A stretch of 32,000 bases of DNA from Okeania sp. (GCF_035285525.1 NZ_JAYKGW010000162.1:47353-79352), one strand, 5' to 3'; numbered from the stretch's first letter, positions 18,735-27,434 are shown. Notes: generated from the sequence alone by a model not told the origin. Program-made: numbers and translations.

Positions 18735-19589
18735 ATGAACAAAAAAACTCGAACTTTAACTGGATTATTTTTAACAACTTTCCTCCTAATCACAATTAAC
18801 TTATTTTCTGCCCAAAATGCCGAAAGTAAATCGCCAAATCCTTTATCTCTTGGTTTCCAAATTATTAACAATTCTCCAGGAACTACTCTTTATCAAAAAG
18901 ATTTAGATTATGTACAAGTTATTGATTTAAGTCAAGGCGCAAAAATCCATTTTATTTATGGAAATATCGCAGACTTAGGCACTAAAAAAGGAGCTTATGG
19001 CGGTAACGACCCACAATTTGAACGTCAGAAAATTTCACAAATATGGTCTAACTTCTCTTCCGAAAATTTCAATTTATTTTCCATTACTAACGGTCAATTT
19101 TTTAGAAATGATAAACACTCTTCTACAGGGTTAGCATTTCCTGTAAAGTCAGATGGAATTATAGTTAGTGATGGTTACGCAGGAGAAATAGAATTTTCTG
19201 ATGAAAAGTTAATTTTAGAAGTCTGGAATGATAGAGCATTAATTAGTAGGTTTCAGCCACATAATTTCCAATTATCAACAGCACCTAATTTTATTGTTGG
19301 TTTACAGGAAAATGCTGATAAAGGAGTTCAAGATCAAACAGGTAGAACCTTTATTGGAGTTAAAGATAAAGATGGCGATCGCTTGAATGAAACAATCTTA
19401 ATTTTTACTTCTAAAAAAGCAACTCAACTTCACGCTGCTAATGTTTTGAAAAGTTTCGGGGCAACTGAAGTAATAATGTTAGATGGTGGAGGTTCAACAC
19501 AATTAATTTGTCAGGGAAATAGTTACATAGATTCACCAAGAACTATTCCCCAAATGATTGCTATTTTCAGTGGAAATATTATACAATAG
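18735..19589 (+). CDS. Secreted phosphodiester glycosidase (NAGPA-like) family protein
   Basis: N-terminal signal peptide KKTRTLTGLFLTTFLLITINLFSAQNA. The C-terminal MLDGGGSTQL motif is typical of the phosphodiester glycosidase domain. 284 aa. Confidence 0.75.
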   Translation: MNKKTRTLTGLFLTTFLLITINLFSAQNAESKSPNPLSLGFQIINNSPGTTLYQKDLDYVQVIDLSQGAKIHFIYGNIADLGTKKGAYGGNDPQFERQKISQIWSNFSSENFNLFSITNGQFFRNDKHSSTGLAFPVKSDGIIVSDGYAGEIEFSDEKLILEVWNDRALISRFQPHNFQLSTAPNFIVGLQENADKGVQDQTGRTFIGVKDKDGDRLNETILIFTSKKATQLHAANVLKSFGATEVIMLDGGGSTQLICQGNSYIDSPRTIPQMIAIFSGNIIQ

Positions 19590-19707
19590 AGATTGCTTCA
19601 GTAAGCATTAAAACTTGCCCAAAAGTTTAACTTGTTTACCGTCATCTTACAATTATAATAGTTGGTTTTTCAACTGTATATAACTATCTACATAGAAATT
19701 AACAATT

Positions 19708-20271
19708 ATGCAATTAGTAACTACATTTATTTCAACGATAGATTATTTAGAAGGAGAAAAAAATAGTCAAGTTCGCCATGAATATCTTGGTGGTCAAATA
19801 TTCGCTATGTCTGGTGGTAGCGAAGAACATAATCGCATTGCTTTGAATATCGCTAGTTTTTTACGTTTTCATCTCCGGGGTAGTGGATGTAAAACTTTTA
19901 TTGCAGATATGAAGGTCAAAATTGATATTGCCAAAAATAACTCAGATATTTTTTATTATCCTGATGTGATGGTAACTTGTCACCCTCAAGATACGGATAA
20001 ATATTATAAATGTTATCCTTGTTTAATTGTTGAGGTACTTTCTCCTTCTACCCAAAATTTAGACAGACGAGAAAAACGTTTAAATTATCAAAATTTAACA
20101 AGTTTACAGGAGTATGTATTGGTTTCTCAAACAGAAATGAAGGTAGAAATTTATCGTCCTGCAAAAGGTGGTTTTTGGTCTAAAGAAACTTTAGGAAAAG
20201 AAGATTTGTTAAAGTTAAAATCAGTGGGTTTAACTTTAACAATGGCTGATATTTATGATGAAGTTTTATAA
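19708..20271 (+). CDS. Uma2-family (DUF820) PD-(D/E)XK-fold endonuclease-like protein
   Basis: EYLGGQIFAMSGGSEEHNRIA, YPDVMV and LIVEVLSPST..DRREKRLNY match the conserved Uma2 layout (D...E-V-x-S core). 187 aa. Confidence 0.85.
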   Translation: MQLVTTFISTIDYLEGEKNSQVRHEYLGGQIFAMSGGSEEHNRIALNIASFLRFHLRGSGCKTFIADMKVKIDIAKNNSDIFYYPDVMVTCHPQDTDKYYKCYPCLIVEVLSPSTQNLDRREKRLNYQNLTSLQEYVLVSQTEMKVEIYRPAKGGFWSKETLGKEDLLKLKSVGLTLTMADIYDEVL

Positions 20272-20322
20272 CTTTTTTAGGGACGTTATCTGCAATTTCT
20301 CTATCTTAATAATTTATCTTTT

Positions 20323-20361
20323 CAGTAGGGTGCCTTAACGAAGTGTAAGGCACCCTACTGA
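20323..20361. terminator. Perfect 16-bp stem hairpin between convergent genes (candidate bidirectional terminator or REP-like element)
   Basis: tcagtagggtgcctta-acgaagt-gtaaggcaccctactga, followed by aaatttctt. A second hairpin, gtagggac-N12-gtccctac, lies at 20481-20508. Confidence 0.4.
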
Positions 20362-20569
20362 AATTTCTTATAAACTAATTAGGATACAAAATTATATAAT
20401 TTTCGGCTGGTGTTTTCGTTAGTGTTTCCATTGTCTTTTTTTTGATAAACAGCGATCGCTTAATTTTTAATTATAACCTTGTAGGGACGTTGTATGCAAG
20501 GTCCCTACTTTGGAAAACTGCTATTCTAATGCTCCCAATGATAACTGTTCAATTAAATTCTATATATGT

Positions 20570-21142
20570 CTATCGATCTGGATTAAGACAAGTATTTAAT
20601 AATTCTTCTGTTGGTAATTTTACATTAATACTTAAACCAACTACACAAGCAGAAAAATCTTCTGGCAGTAAACTACGACGACAACCTTCTAATACAGCAA
20701 ACTGATTAGATATATTTGCCATTGATAAATTAATATTTTCCACACAAGTTCCTAACTCATCAACTCTTCTCACCTGTTGACAATTTAACAAAATATCTTG
20801 TGCTGGAAGTTTTTGGGTTGTACTATTATAAATCTTGGTGACACATATTGATAAATCTTCAGGTTCAACAGTTGCACTACAAGCATTAGCTACTTCTTGA
20901 TTAGATAAACCTACACTTAATAAATTCTCAGAACAAAGTCTAAATGATTTGATATCTGCTGGTTCTTTCTTGAATAATTTTTGGAAATCTATTCCTGTTG
21001 CTGGTTCAGGAATAACCATCAAAAAACTAGAACTCAAAAGTTGTATTGCTGTTAAAAATATCCACCTTTTCTTCAAGTATTTCTTAGGTGTAGATAAGGA
21101 AAATTTTGATGAGAAAAAATTAGGAAAATTTTGATGAGACAT
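20570..21142 (-). CDS. Secreted Cys-rich hypothetical protein with an internal two-fold repeat
   Basis: 190 aa with an ATG start and signal-like KKRWIFLTAIQLLSSSFLMVIP. It has eight Cys in a duplicated pattern (PEDLSICV...LPAQDILLNC and PEDFSACV...LPTEELLNTC). Two plus-strand ORFs overlap it and look like shadows. Confidence 0.6.
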   Translation of the reverse strand: MSHQNFPNFFSSKFSLSTPKKYLKKRWIFLTAIQLLSSSFLMVIPEPATGIDFQKLFKKEPADIKSFRLCSENLLSVGLSNQEVANACSATVEPEDLSICVTKIYNSTTQKLPAQDILLNCQQVRRVDELGTCVENINLSMANISNQFAVLEGCRRSLLPEDFSACVVGLSINVKLPTEELLNTCLNPDR

Positions 21143-21179
21143 AACAAATAACTAAAAATATAAACTAAATTATGGACAA

Positions 21180-21208
21180 TTGACAAAGTAGTAATTGAAT
21201 AGTATATG
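21180..21208 (+). promoter_or_regulatory. Candidate sigma-70-type promoter for rpsD
   Basis: TTGACA (21180-21185), a 17-nt spacer, then TATATG (21203-21208), ending 43 nt upstream of the rpsD ATG. Sequence match only. Confidence 0.3.
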
Positions 21209-21251
21209 ATAGTGGATTGTGACTAAATTTTACGTTAATGAGGAAATTATT

Positions 21252-21860
21252 ATGGCAAGATATAGAGGTCCACGTTTAAGAATAGTACGTCGTCTGGGTG
21301 ATTTACCCGGACTATCTCGTAAAAGTCCCAGACGTGCTTATCCACCTGGTCAACATGGCCAAAACCGCAGAAAGCGCTCAGAATATGCGATTCGACTAGA
21401 AGAGAAACAGAAACTAATATTTAATTATGGTGTTTCCGAACGTCAACTGCTACGGTATGTGAAAAAAGCTCGTCGTGCAGCAGGTTCTACAGGACAAGTA
21501 TTACTACAATATTTGGAGATGCGCCTAGATAATACTGTATTTCGTTTGGGAATGGCTCCAACTATTCCCTCGGCCAGACAGTTAGTTAATCATGGCCATG
21601 TCACAATTAATGGTAAGGTTGTTAGTATTGCTAGTTACCAGTGTAAACCTGGAGAAGTAATTAGTATTAAAGAAAGAGAAAAATCTAAGGAAATGGTAAA
21701 GACTAATCTCCAATATCCAGGTTTAGCTAATATTCCTAGTCATTTAGAATTTGATAAAGACAAACTGGTTGGTAAAGTTAATGGTATTGTGGAACGAGAC
21801 TGGGTGGCGCTTCAAATTAATGAACTATTAGTTGTGGAATATTATTCCAGACAAGCTTAA
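21252..21860 (+). CDS. rpsD: 30S ribosomal protein S4
   Basis: [16 protein letters not shown] is the canonical S4 N-terminus. GAGGAAA lies upstream of the ATG at 21252. The ORF-track GTG at 21219 adds 11 non-conserved residues and is rejected. Confidence 0.95.
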   Translation: MARYRGPRLRIVRRLGDLPGLSRKSPRRAYPPGQHGQNRRKRSEYAIRLEEKQKLIFNYGVSERQLLRYVKKARRAAGSTGQVLLQYLEMRLDNTVFRLGMAPTIPSARQLVNHGHVTINGKVVSIASYQCKPGEVISIKEREKSKEMVKTNLQYPGLANIPSHLEFDKDKLVGKVNGIVERDWVALQINELLVVEYYSRQA

Positions 21861-22131
21861 TTCAGAAGTCAAAATTCAAAATTCAAATTAGGGATTTTCA
21901 CTCTTTTGAATTTTGACTTTCCTGATTAATTTCTTACTTTTGACTTTGGAATGCATGAATTTTGAATTTCCTTATTAATAATAGTTGTATTCTCAAATAG
22001 GTAAACAATAAATATGTGGTTGAAGTGCTTAACAGCTTAGGAATTTTCACTCTTTTGAATGTATGAATTTTGACTTTCTTGATCAATTTCTTACTTTTGA
22101 ATTTTGAATGTATGAATTTTGACTTCAGAAA
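21861..22131. repeat. Intergenic block made entirely of TTTTGA(A/C)TTT-type repeats: two 81-88-bp direct copies inside 18-bp terminal inverted repeats
   Basis: Direct copies at 21891-21971 and 22039-22126. ttcagaagtcaaaattca (21861-21878) is nearly the reverse complement of tgaattttgacttcagaa (22113-22130). Related material lies at 31576-31670. Confidence 0.8.
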
Positions 22132-23118
22132 TTATCCTCCAATTTGTGACATAGTTCGACTATAATTTCCACTTGTACCAGACTCTCTTTGCTTAAAATT
22201 AATTTCTGGTTTTATTCCTAATAAATATTCTACTTTCTGCCGTAACTTCTCAACAGAAACTCCATTACGCAAACTACTTTTTAAATCTATTTGACCCATT
22301 TCATTTAACAAGCAAGGTCTTAACCATCCATCCGCAGAAAGACGCATTCTATTACAGCGATCGCAAAAACATTCTGACATTTGACTAATAAATCCTAAAG
22401 TTCCTTTAGCTCCAGGAATTTGAAATATATCGGCAGGTCCGTTTCCCTGAATAAAAGATTCTGCTAATCCCCATTTTTCCCTAATTTTTTGTCGTAATTC
22501 TTCTGAAGAAATCCAACCTTTATCATCAAATAACTGATCATTACCAATCGGCATAAATTCAATAAATCTAACGTGCCAATTACGATCAATAGTCAAAGCT
22601 GCTAAATCTAAAATTTCATGGTCATTCACCCCAGGAATAACAACCACATTTAATTTCAACGGGTCAAAACCAACCTCATAAGCAGCTTGAATCCCATTCC
22701 AAACCATTTGCCAACGACTACGACCCCTATTTCCAATAATTAAATTAAAAGTATCTGCATCTAGAGAATCTAAACTAATATTAATTCTTTTTAAACCAGC
22801 TTCATATAAATCTTTTGCCATATCTGCTAGTAAAAAACCATTGGTAGTCAAAGATAAATCTTTAGTCTCTGGAAAAGCAGCGATCGCTTCAATTAAATCA
22901 ACCAGACCAGGACGTAATAAAGGTTCACCTCCGGTTAAACGAAACCGAATAAAACCAACAGGAATAAACACATATTTGAGCAAAATTAATAATTCATTAT
23001 TAGTCAATAAATCTGGTTTTAAAATATAGTCAAATTCTGCACCCTCTGGCATACAATATTGACACCTAAAGTTGCAACGATCTATTAAACTAATTCTCAG
23101 ATAATCAACTTTGTTCAT
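22132..23118 (-). CDS. moaA: GTP 3',8-cyclase MoaA (radical SAM, molybdenum cofactor biosynthesis)
   Basis: CNFRCQYC radical-SAM cluster motif, a second cluster [15 protein letters not shown], and the C-terminal GG typical of MoaA. 328 aa. Confidence 0.95.
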   Translation of the reverse strand: MNKVDYLRISLIDRCNFRCQYCMPEGAEFDYILKPDLLTNNELLILLKYVFIPVGFIRFRLTGGEPLLRPGLVDLIEAIAAFPETKDLSLTTNGFLLADMAKDLYEAGLKRINISLDSLDADTFNLIIGNRGRSRWQMVWNGIQAAYEVGFDPLKLNVVVIPGVNDHEILDLAALTIDRNWHVRFIEFMPIGNDQLFDDKGWISSEELRQKIREKWGLAESFIQGNGPADIFQIPGAKGTLGFISQMSECFCDRCNRMRLSADGWLRPCLLNEMGQIDLKSSLRNGVSVEKLRQKVEYLLGIKPEINFKQRESGTSGNYSRTMSQIGG

Positions 23119-24109
23119 ATTAATACAGTGTCAATTTTATAATTAGGGAGTAGGGAGTAGGGAATAGTTAAGAGTTAGGAGGAATGGGAGTTATAGAGGA
23201 AGTAGAAGTAAGAATTATCTCTTAATTTTTCTACTCTTGTGTGAGACTTTTAAGCCAGCTTTTTGATTTTTCGGGAACCGTACTTTTTTGACTTAAAAGC
23301 TGGAACTTTTTGCTGACCTAAAAATTATGAAAGCTTTATCTGCGAATATTTTCATATTTATTCAGCAAGTCCTAATTATTTGAAAATTTTCAATTTTGCT
23401 ACCTATAAGTGCTTATGCAAAATTAATTAAATATTTTATTATACATCTCCAATCTTATCCAGAAATTATCAGTTATTTCTCCCTGTTCTCTGTTCCCTCT
23501 CTCAACTAAAAAACTTATTTTGACTTATAAGTAAAACTAAAATATTGATTTGAAAATATTTATCTATAGTGTTGACTAAAACAAATATCTGGCAAAATTT
23601 CTACTACTAAATCTTCTTGTAAGTAGTAAGTTTTAAACCTATTGACTCTTCACTACTCCTTACTCCCTAACTTAAGTTTTAGCATGTTTAGGGCAGAACA
23701 ATTATCCCTTGATTTTTCTGATTTCTTGGGAACCGTGTACCTCCTCTATAACTCACTATTCCTCTTGACTCTTAATTCTACGTTGCATAAGGGAGTAGGT
23801 ACGGACGTTGCATAGTCCCTACCTACTCCATAACTATAGAAAATAAAATAGTGGCCAACTTTATTTTTTGTCAAATTTTAACAAAAAATAAATCAAAATG
23901 TGTAACTATAATAAGATTTGTCACAAAAAAATAAATAAAAGTAATAATCAATGTTTGGCAATTAGTCATAATTGCCTATCCTGGCCTAAGCATAAATTTC
24001 TTTAAGCTTCTTGAGCCTCCAGGAGAGAACTAAAAAAACTTTTAGCTTGATAGCTAATGTTAGCCATAGAAATGAAGATGATAAATTTTGTAATATTTTA
24101 AGAGGTACT

Positions 24110-25126
24110 ATGACTGCTCGCTTAAAAAGATCGGTTTCTCAAAGGAAAGTTTTAATATCCATCGCACTCATAGTCTGGACTATGTGGTTAACCTTACTAG
24201 GTGCTCAAGAAGCATTTTCCTATTTAGTGAGTAATTGGGAAATAGCCCTAACAATGGTTTTTGGGTCTGCGATCGCAGGGGGTACAAGTTTAGGGGGAGG
24301 AGCTGTCGCTTTTCCAGTTTTTACGAAAATTCTCCACATTTCACCTTCTGATGCCAAAATATTTTCCCTGGCGATTCAAAGTGTAGGTATGACTGCTGCT
24401 TCGGTTGCTATTTTGTTAACTGGAATTAAAATCGAATTACGAGTCATTTTTTGGGGAAGTCTGGGTGGCTTTTTAGGAGTATTTATGGGATCTGGTTTTT
24501 TAGCTCCCCTTGTACCTCCTGATGCGATCAAAATGTCTTTTACTGTGATGCTTACCAGCTTTGCTATTACCTTATTGAAATTAAACCAACAACCGAGAGA
24601 ATTATATACAGCTATGCCAGTTTGGACAGTGAAAGAGCAGAGAATTTGGCTAATAGCTGGATTCCTGGGAGGAATAATGAGTGGTTTAGTTGGTAGCGGT
24701 ATTGATATCTTGGCTTTTTCGATCATGGTAGTTTTGTTCGGCCTTTGCGAAAAAGTTGCTACTCCTACTTCTGTTATTCTGATGGCAATCAATGCTATGG
24801 CTGGATTCTTTTTACAAGTCTTTGTATTTCAGGATTTTATAGAACCAGTGCGTAGCTACTGGTTTGCAGCGATTCCAGTAGTTGTTGTTGGGGCGCCTCT
24901 AGGAGCAATATGTTGTAACCTCTTGCGACGAGAAACCATTGCCAATATTTTGATAGGTTTAATTTGTATAGAAGTTATTTCGTCTTTAGTTGTGATTAAT
25001 TTAACATCAATGGTAATGTACTCTAGCTTGATAGCTTTAGTCATATTCTCTTGTTTGAATTACTGGATGTACCGCACAAAAATGTATAATCAAAATGAAA
25101 TAAGGATCAGGACTTACGCAAAATAA
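24110..25126 (+). CDS. TauE/SafE (DUF81) family anion/sulfite exporter-like permease
   Basis: Multiple TM segments with duplicated Gly-rich motifs GSAIAGGTSLGGGAVAFPV and GFLGGIMSGLVGSGIDI. I prefer the ATG at 24110 (AAGAGG 5 nt upstream) over the TTG at 24011. The last five codons and the stop lie inside a MITE end. Confidence 0.8.
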   Translation: MTARLKRSVSQRKVLISIALIVWTMWLTLLGAQEAFSYLVSNWEIALTMVFGSAIAGGTSLGGGAVAFPVFTKILHISPSDAKIFSLAIQSVGMTAASVAILLTGIKIELRVIFWGSLGGFLGVFMGSGFLAPLVPPDAIKMSFTVMLTSFAITLLKLNQQPRELYTAMPVWTVKEQRIWLIAGFLGGIMSGLVGSGIDILAFSIMVVLFGLCEKVATPTSVILMAINAMAGFFLQVFVFQDFIEPVRSYWFAAIPVVVVGAPLGAICCNLLRRETIANILIGLICIEVISSLVVINLTSMVMYSSLIALVIFSCLNYWMYRTKMYNQNEIRIRTYAK

Positions 25127-25401
25127 TGACTTAATAGAACCGGTTTCTGGGTAATATCATGTCCGGTTGAATAGTTATAAATAAACCCACCCCTAGCCCC
25201 TCCCAAGAAGGGAAGTCAGGAGTTAAGCTAGCCCTAAACTCTCCCAGGAGGGGAAAAGGAGGAGCAAGTTTTTTTATAACTAATTATCCGGACATGATAT
25301 AAGTTTTACAGGACTTACGGAAAAGTACTATATATAGAGTTAAAAAAACTATAACGTTATAGTGTTAAAAGCTATATATGTGGTCTGGTGCGTAAGTCTT
25401 G
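25108..25401. mobile_element. Composite of nested MITE-like elements
   Basis: Components, left to right: caggacttacgca (25108-25120); a 147-bp element with perfect 13-bp TIRs atatcatgtccgg/ccggacatgatat (25154-25300); a 93-bp element caggacttacgg...tgcgtaagtcttg (25309-25401), related in inverted orientation to 27333-27423. Confidence 0.75.
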
Positions 25402-25525
25402 TTTTATATATTTAGGGATTGCTGATTAAATCTCAAAGGATTGAAATATAAAGGTTTTAGCCTTTTTAGTTAGGGAACAAAGTATCTAGTTTTCAGCTCT
25501 TAATGCTGCTCAAGTTAACATTTTA

Positions 25526-25673
25526 CAGGACTAAAGCCATGAGGAAGGCAACTTCAAGGCTTGAGATTGCTATCCTGACAGATTGCTGCGCTTTCCATGT
25601 CGCGGAGCGAAACGCTGTCGCTGGCGCTGCGAGTCGCGCAATGACAGAAATAGGTTGCGCGTGCGTCAGTCCT
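25526..25673. mobile_element. GC-rich MITE-like structured element, long copy
   Basis: Colinear with 1721-1839 except for a differing GC-rich central segment, about 31 nt longer here. It is bounded by caggact... and ...cgtcagtcct. ORFs of 80 aa and 70 aa on opposite strands cover exactly this island. Confidence 0.65.
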
Positions 25674-25741
25674 AATTTTAGGCACATCGTTGAGCAAAAA
25701 AAATACTTTCCTACTCTCCTACTCCTTAAAGCCAACCCTAT

Positions 25742-25990
25742 TTAATCCAGTAAATGTTGCTCCACAACTGCTGAAATACTTTGAACGTCAACATGACTAT
25801 ACCAAACTTCATCCGGCAAAACTAAAACTATTGGTCCGCTGCCACATTTTCCCAAACATCCACTTTTTTCAACTTTAATATTAGGAATATTAAGTGCTTG
25901 AAAAACAGTTAATACTTTTACCGAACCTTGTTTCCTACAAGTACGATTTTGACAGACTAATAAAAGTCTATTAACCTGAATATTTTCCAC
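25742..25990 (-). CDS. Thioredoxin-like [2Fe-2S] ferredoxin
   Basis: CQNRTC...CLGKCGSGP four-Cys pattern and LVLPDEVWY, typical of the Trx-like 2Fe-2S ferredoxin fold. GTG start, 82 aa. It lies 57 nt downstream of cysK on the same strand. Confidence 0.8.
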   Translation of the reverse strand: MENIQVNRLLLVCQNRTCRKQGSVKVLTVFQALNIPNIKVEKSGCLGKCGSGPIVLVLPDEVWYSHVDVQSISAVVEQHLLD

Positions 25991-26047
25991 TACAAATTAT
26001 CAAAGTTATGTAAGCATTGCCTGTAGAATAGCTGGCTGCTTACAAAA

Positions 26048-27028
26048 TTATAGTTCATCTGGGAATAAATTTCTAGCAGCTAACCAATCACGACTAAATA
26101 ACTTAGATTGATAACGAGAACCACTATCACATAATACAGTTACAATAGTATGACCAGGACCCATTTGTTTGGCTAAAGCTACTGCTGCACCGACATTAAT
26201 TCCTACAGAGCCACCCATAAATAAACCGTCTTTTCTTAATAATTGATAAACCACTTTTACAGCTTCTTTATCATCAACTTGAATCGCATCATCAATCGGC
26301 ACATTCATCATATTTTTGGTGACTCGACTATTACCAATACCCTCAGTAATAGAGTTACCTTCACTAGCAATTTCTCCAGTTTTTACATAACTATAAAGAC
26401 CGCTTCCCATGGGGTCTGCTAATACAGTTTTAATTTGCGGATTTTTTTCTTTTAAAAATAATGAGACACCAGCAAAAGTTCCACCGGTACCAGTCGCAGC
26501 TACCCAACCATCTATTTTTCCATTAGTTTGTTCCCAAATTTCCGGTCCAGTTGTTTCATAATGAGCGGTTCTATTTGCTAAATTATCAAACTGATTTGCC
26601 CAGATAGCATTTTCCATTTCTGATGCTAATCTGCCTGACATTTTTACATAGTTATTTGGGTTTTTATAGGGCACTGCTGGAACAGGTCTAACTTCTGCAC
26701 CTAAAGTTCTTAAAGCATCCATTTTTTCAATAGATTGAGTTTCCGGAATAACGATTAAACATTTATAACCTTTAGCATTACAAATATGTGCTAAACCTAT
26801 TCCTGTATTACCAGCAGTTCCTTCCACAACTGTGCCACCAGGTTTGAGTAAACCTTTTTCTTCTGCATCTTTAATAATATAAAGTGCTGCTCTATCTTTT
26901 ACGGAACCCCCTGGATTGAGAAATTCTGCTTTGCCTAAAATTTCACATCCAGTTTCTTCGCTGAAACTATTTAATCTGATTAATGGCGTATTACCAATTG
27001 TACCAACAAAGCCTTGTTTAATATCCAT
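26048..27028 (-). CDS. cysK: PLP-dependent cysteine synthase family enzyme (CysK/CBS-like)
   Basis: NPGGSVKDR PLP-lysine motif, GTAGNTG, TGTGGTFAGV and the overall O-acetylserine sulfhydrylase layout. 326 aa. Confidence 0.9.
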   Translation of the reverse strand: MDIKQGFVGTIGNTPLIRLNSFSEETGCEILGKAEFLNPGGSVKDRAALYIIKDAEEKGLLKPGGTVVEGTAGNTGIGLAHICNAKGYKCLIVIPETQSIEKMDALRTLGAEVRPVPAVPYKNPNNYVKMSGRLASEMENAIWANQFDNLANRTAHYETTGPEIWEQTNGKIDGWVAATGTGGTFAGVSLFLKEKNPQIKTVLADPMGSGLYSYVKTGEIASEGNSITEGIGNSRVTKNMMNVPIDDAIQVDDKEAVKVVYQLLRKDGLFMGGSVGINVGAAVALAKQMGPGHTIVTVLCDSGSRYQSKLFSRDWLAARNLFPDEL

Positions 27029-27061
27029 TTTTTTCCTATCTAATATTGATAAAAAAGAATC

Positions 27062-27247
27062 TAAGCATTCAGCTATTAGCTGTCAGCATTTCAGCAAGAA
27101 AAACCTCAACCTTAAGGAGGAGATTTAAACGAATAAAGAAAGTGAAAACTGAATTTTGTAGTCAGATAAAACTTCTGATTTATCGGGAATCGTATAATAA
27201 AGCTTTTATCTAAAACTAAAAGCAATAGCTGACTGCTGAATGCTTAC
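27062..27247. mobile_element. MITE-like element with TAAGCATTCAGC...GCTGAATGCTTAC TIRs (inverted copy of 9655-9849)
   Basis: The TIRs are visible, and the interior is the reverse complement of the 9655-9849 interior. It contains the 17-nt core as gatttatcgggaatcgt (27177-27193). Confidence 0.8.
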
Positions 27248-27332
27248 AAAAGTATTTTACCAAACTTTGTTCATATTTAAAAAAAATTATGGTAATACAG
27301 GTTCCTCACTCACCCTATCAGGATTTTATAAA

Positions 27333-27423
27333 CAGGATTGACGCTATCACCCTAGATATAGTAGTTAAAACTGTTGTGCAATAGTTTTTTCACTCTATAT
27401 ATAGTATTTTTCCGTTAGTCCTG
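27333..27423. mobile_element. 91-bp MITE, copy R1
   Basis: TIRs caggattgacgctatcaccctagatatag and ctatatatagtatttttccgttagtcctg. 89/91 identical to R2. Confidence 0.85.
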
Positions 27424-27434
27424 ACCAAGATTAA

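Noticed and set aside
18659-18871. 70-aa minus-strand ORF
   Set aside because: It overlaps the signal-peptide region of the plus-strand phosphodiester glycosidase gene. Its K/R-rich, low-complexity product derives from an A/T run.
20442-20705. 87-aa plus-strand ORF (and the 61-aa ORF at 20949-21134)
   Set aside because: Both overlap the minus-strand Cys-rich gene, which has a signal peptide and repeat logic. The 5' part of the first ORF covers hairpin repeats.
21219-21251. GTG-initiated 11-codon N-terminal extension of rpsD
   Set aside because: The canonical S4 N-terminus MARYRGPRL begins at ATG 21252, with a GAGGAAA RBS inside the supposed extension.
22841-23029. 62-aa plus-strand ORF
   Set aside because: It is antisense inside moaA.
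23119-23400. Moco riboswitch in the moaA leader
   Set aside because: The leader is explained by the heptamer tract and MITE fragments. I could not recognise the conserved Moco motif stems by eye. This is unverified without a covariance-model scan.
24011-24109. TTG-initiated 33-codon extension of the TauE-like gene; likewise TTG 30264 for the VWA gene
   Set aside because: The extensions are hydrophilic and non-conserved-looking. Better ATG starts exist (24110 with AAGAGG upstream; 30183 or 30174 just before the lipoprotein signal).
24376-25044. 138-aa and 62-aa minus-strand ORFs
   Set aside because: Both are antisense inside the TauE/SafE permease gene, whose TM and Gly-motif pattern clearly supports the plus strand.
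25503-25878. ORFs of 80 aa (+), 70 aa (-) and 62 aa (+)
   Set aside because: The first two cover the GC-rich MITE-like island on opposite strands, which is a composition artefact. The third is antisense to the ferredoxin gene.
26916-27128. 70-aa plus-strand ORF
   Set aside because: It is antisense to the cysK 5' end and runs into a MITE.
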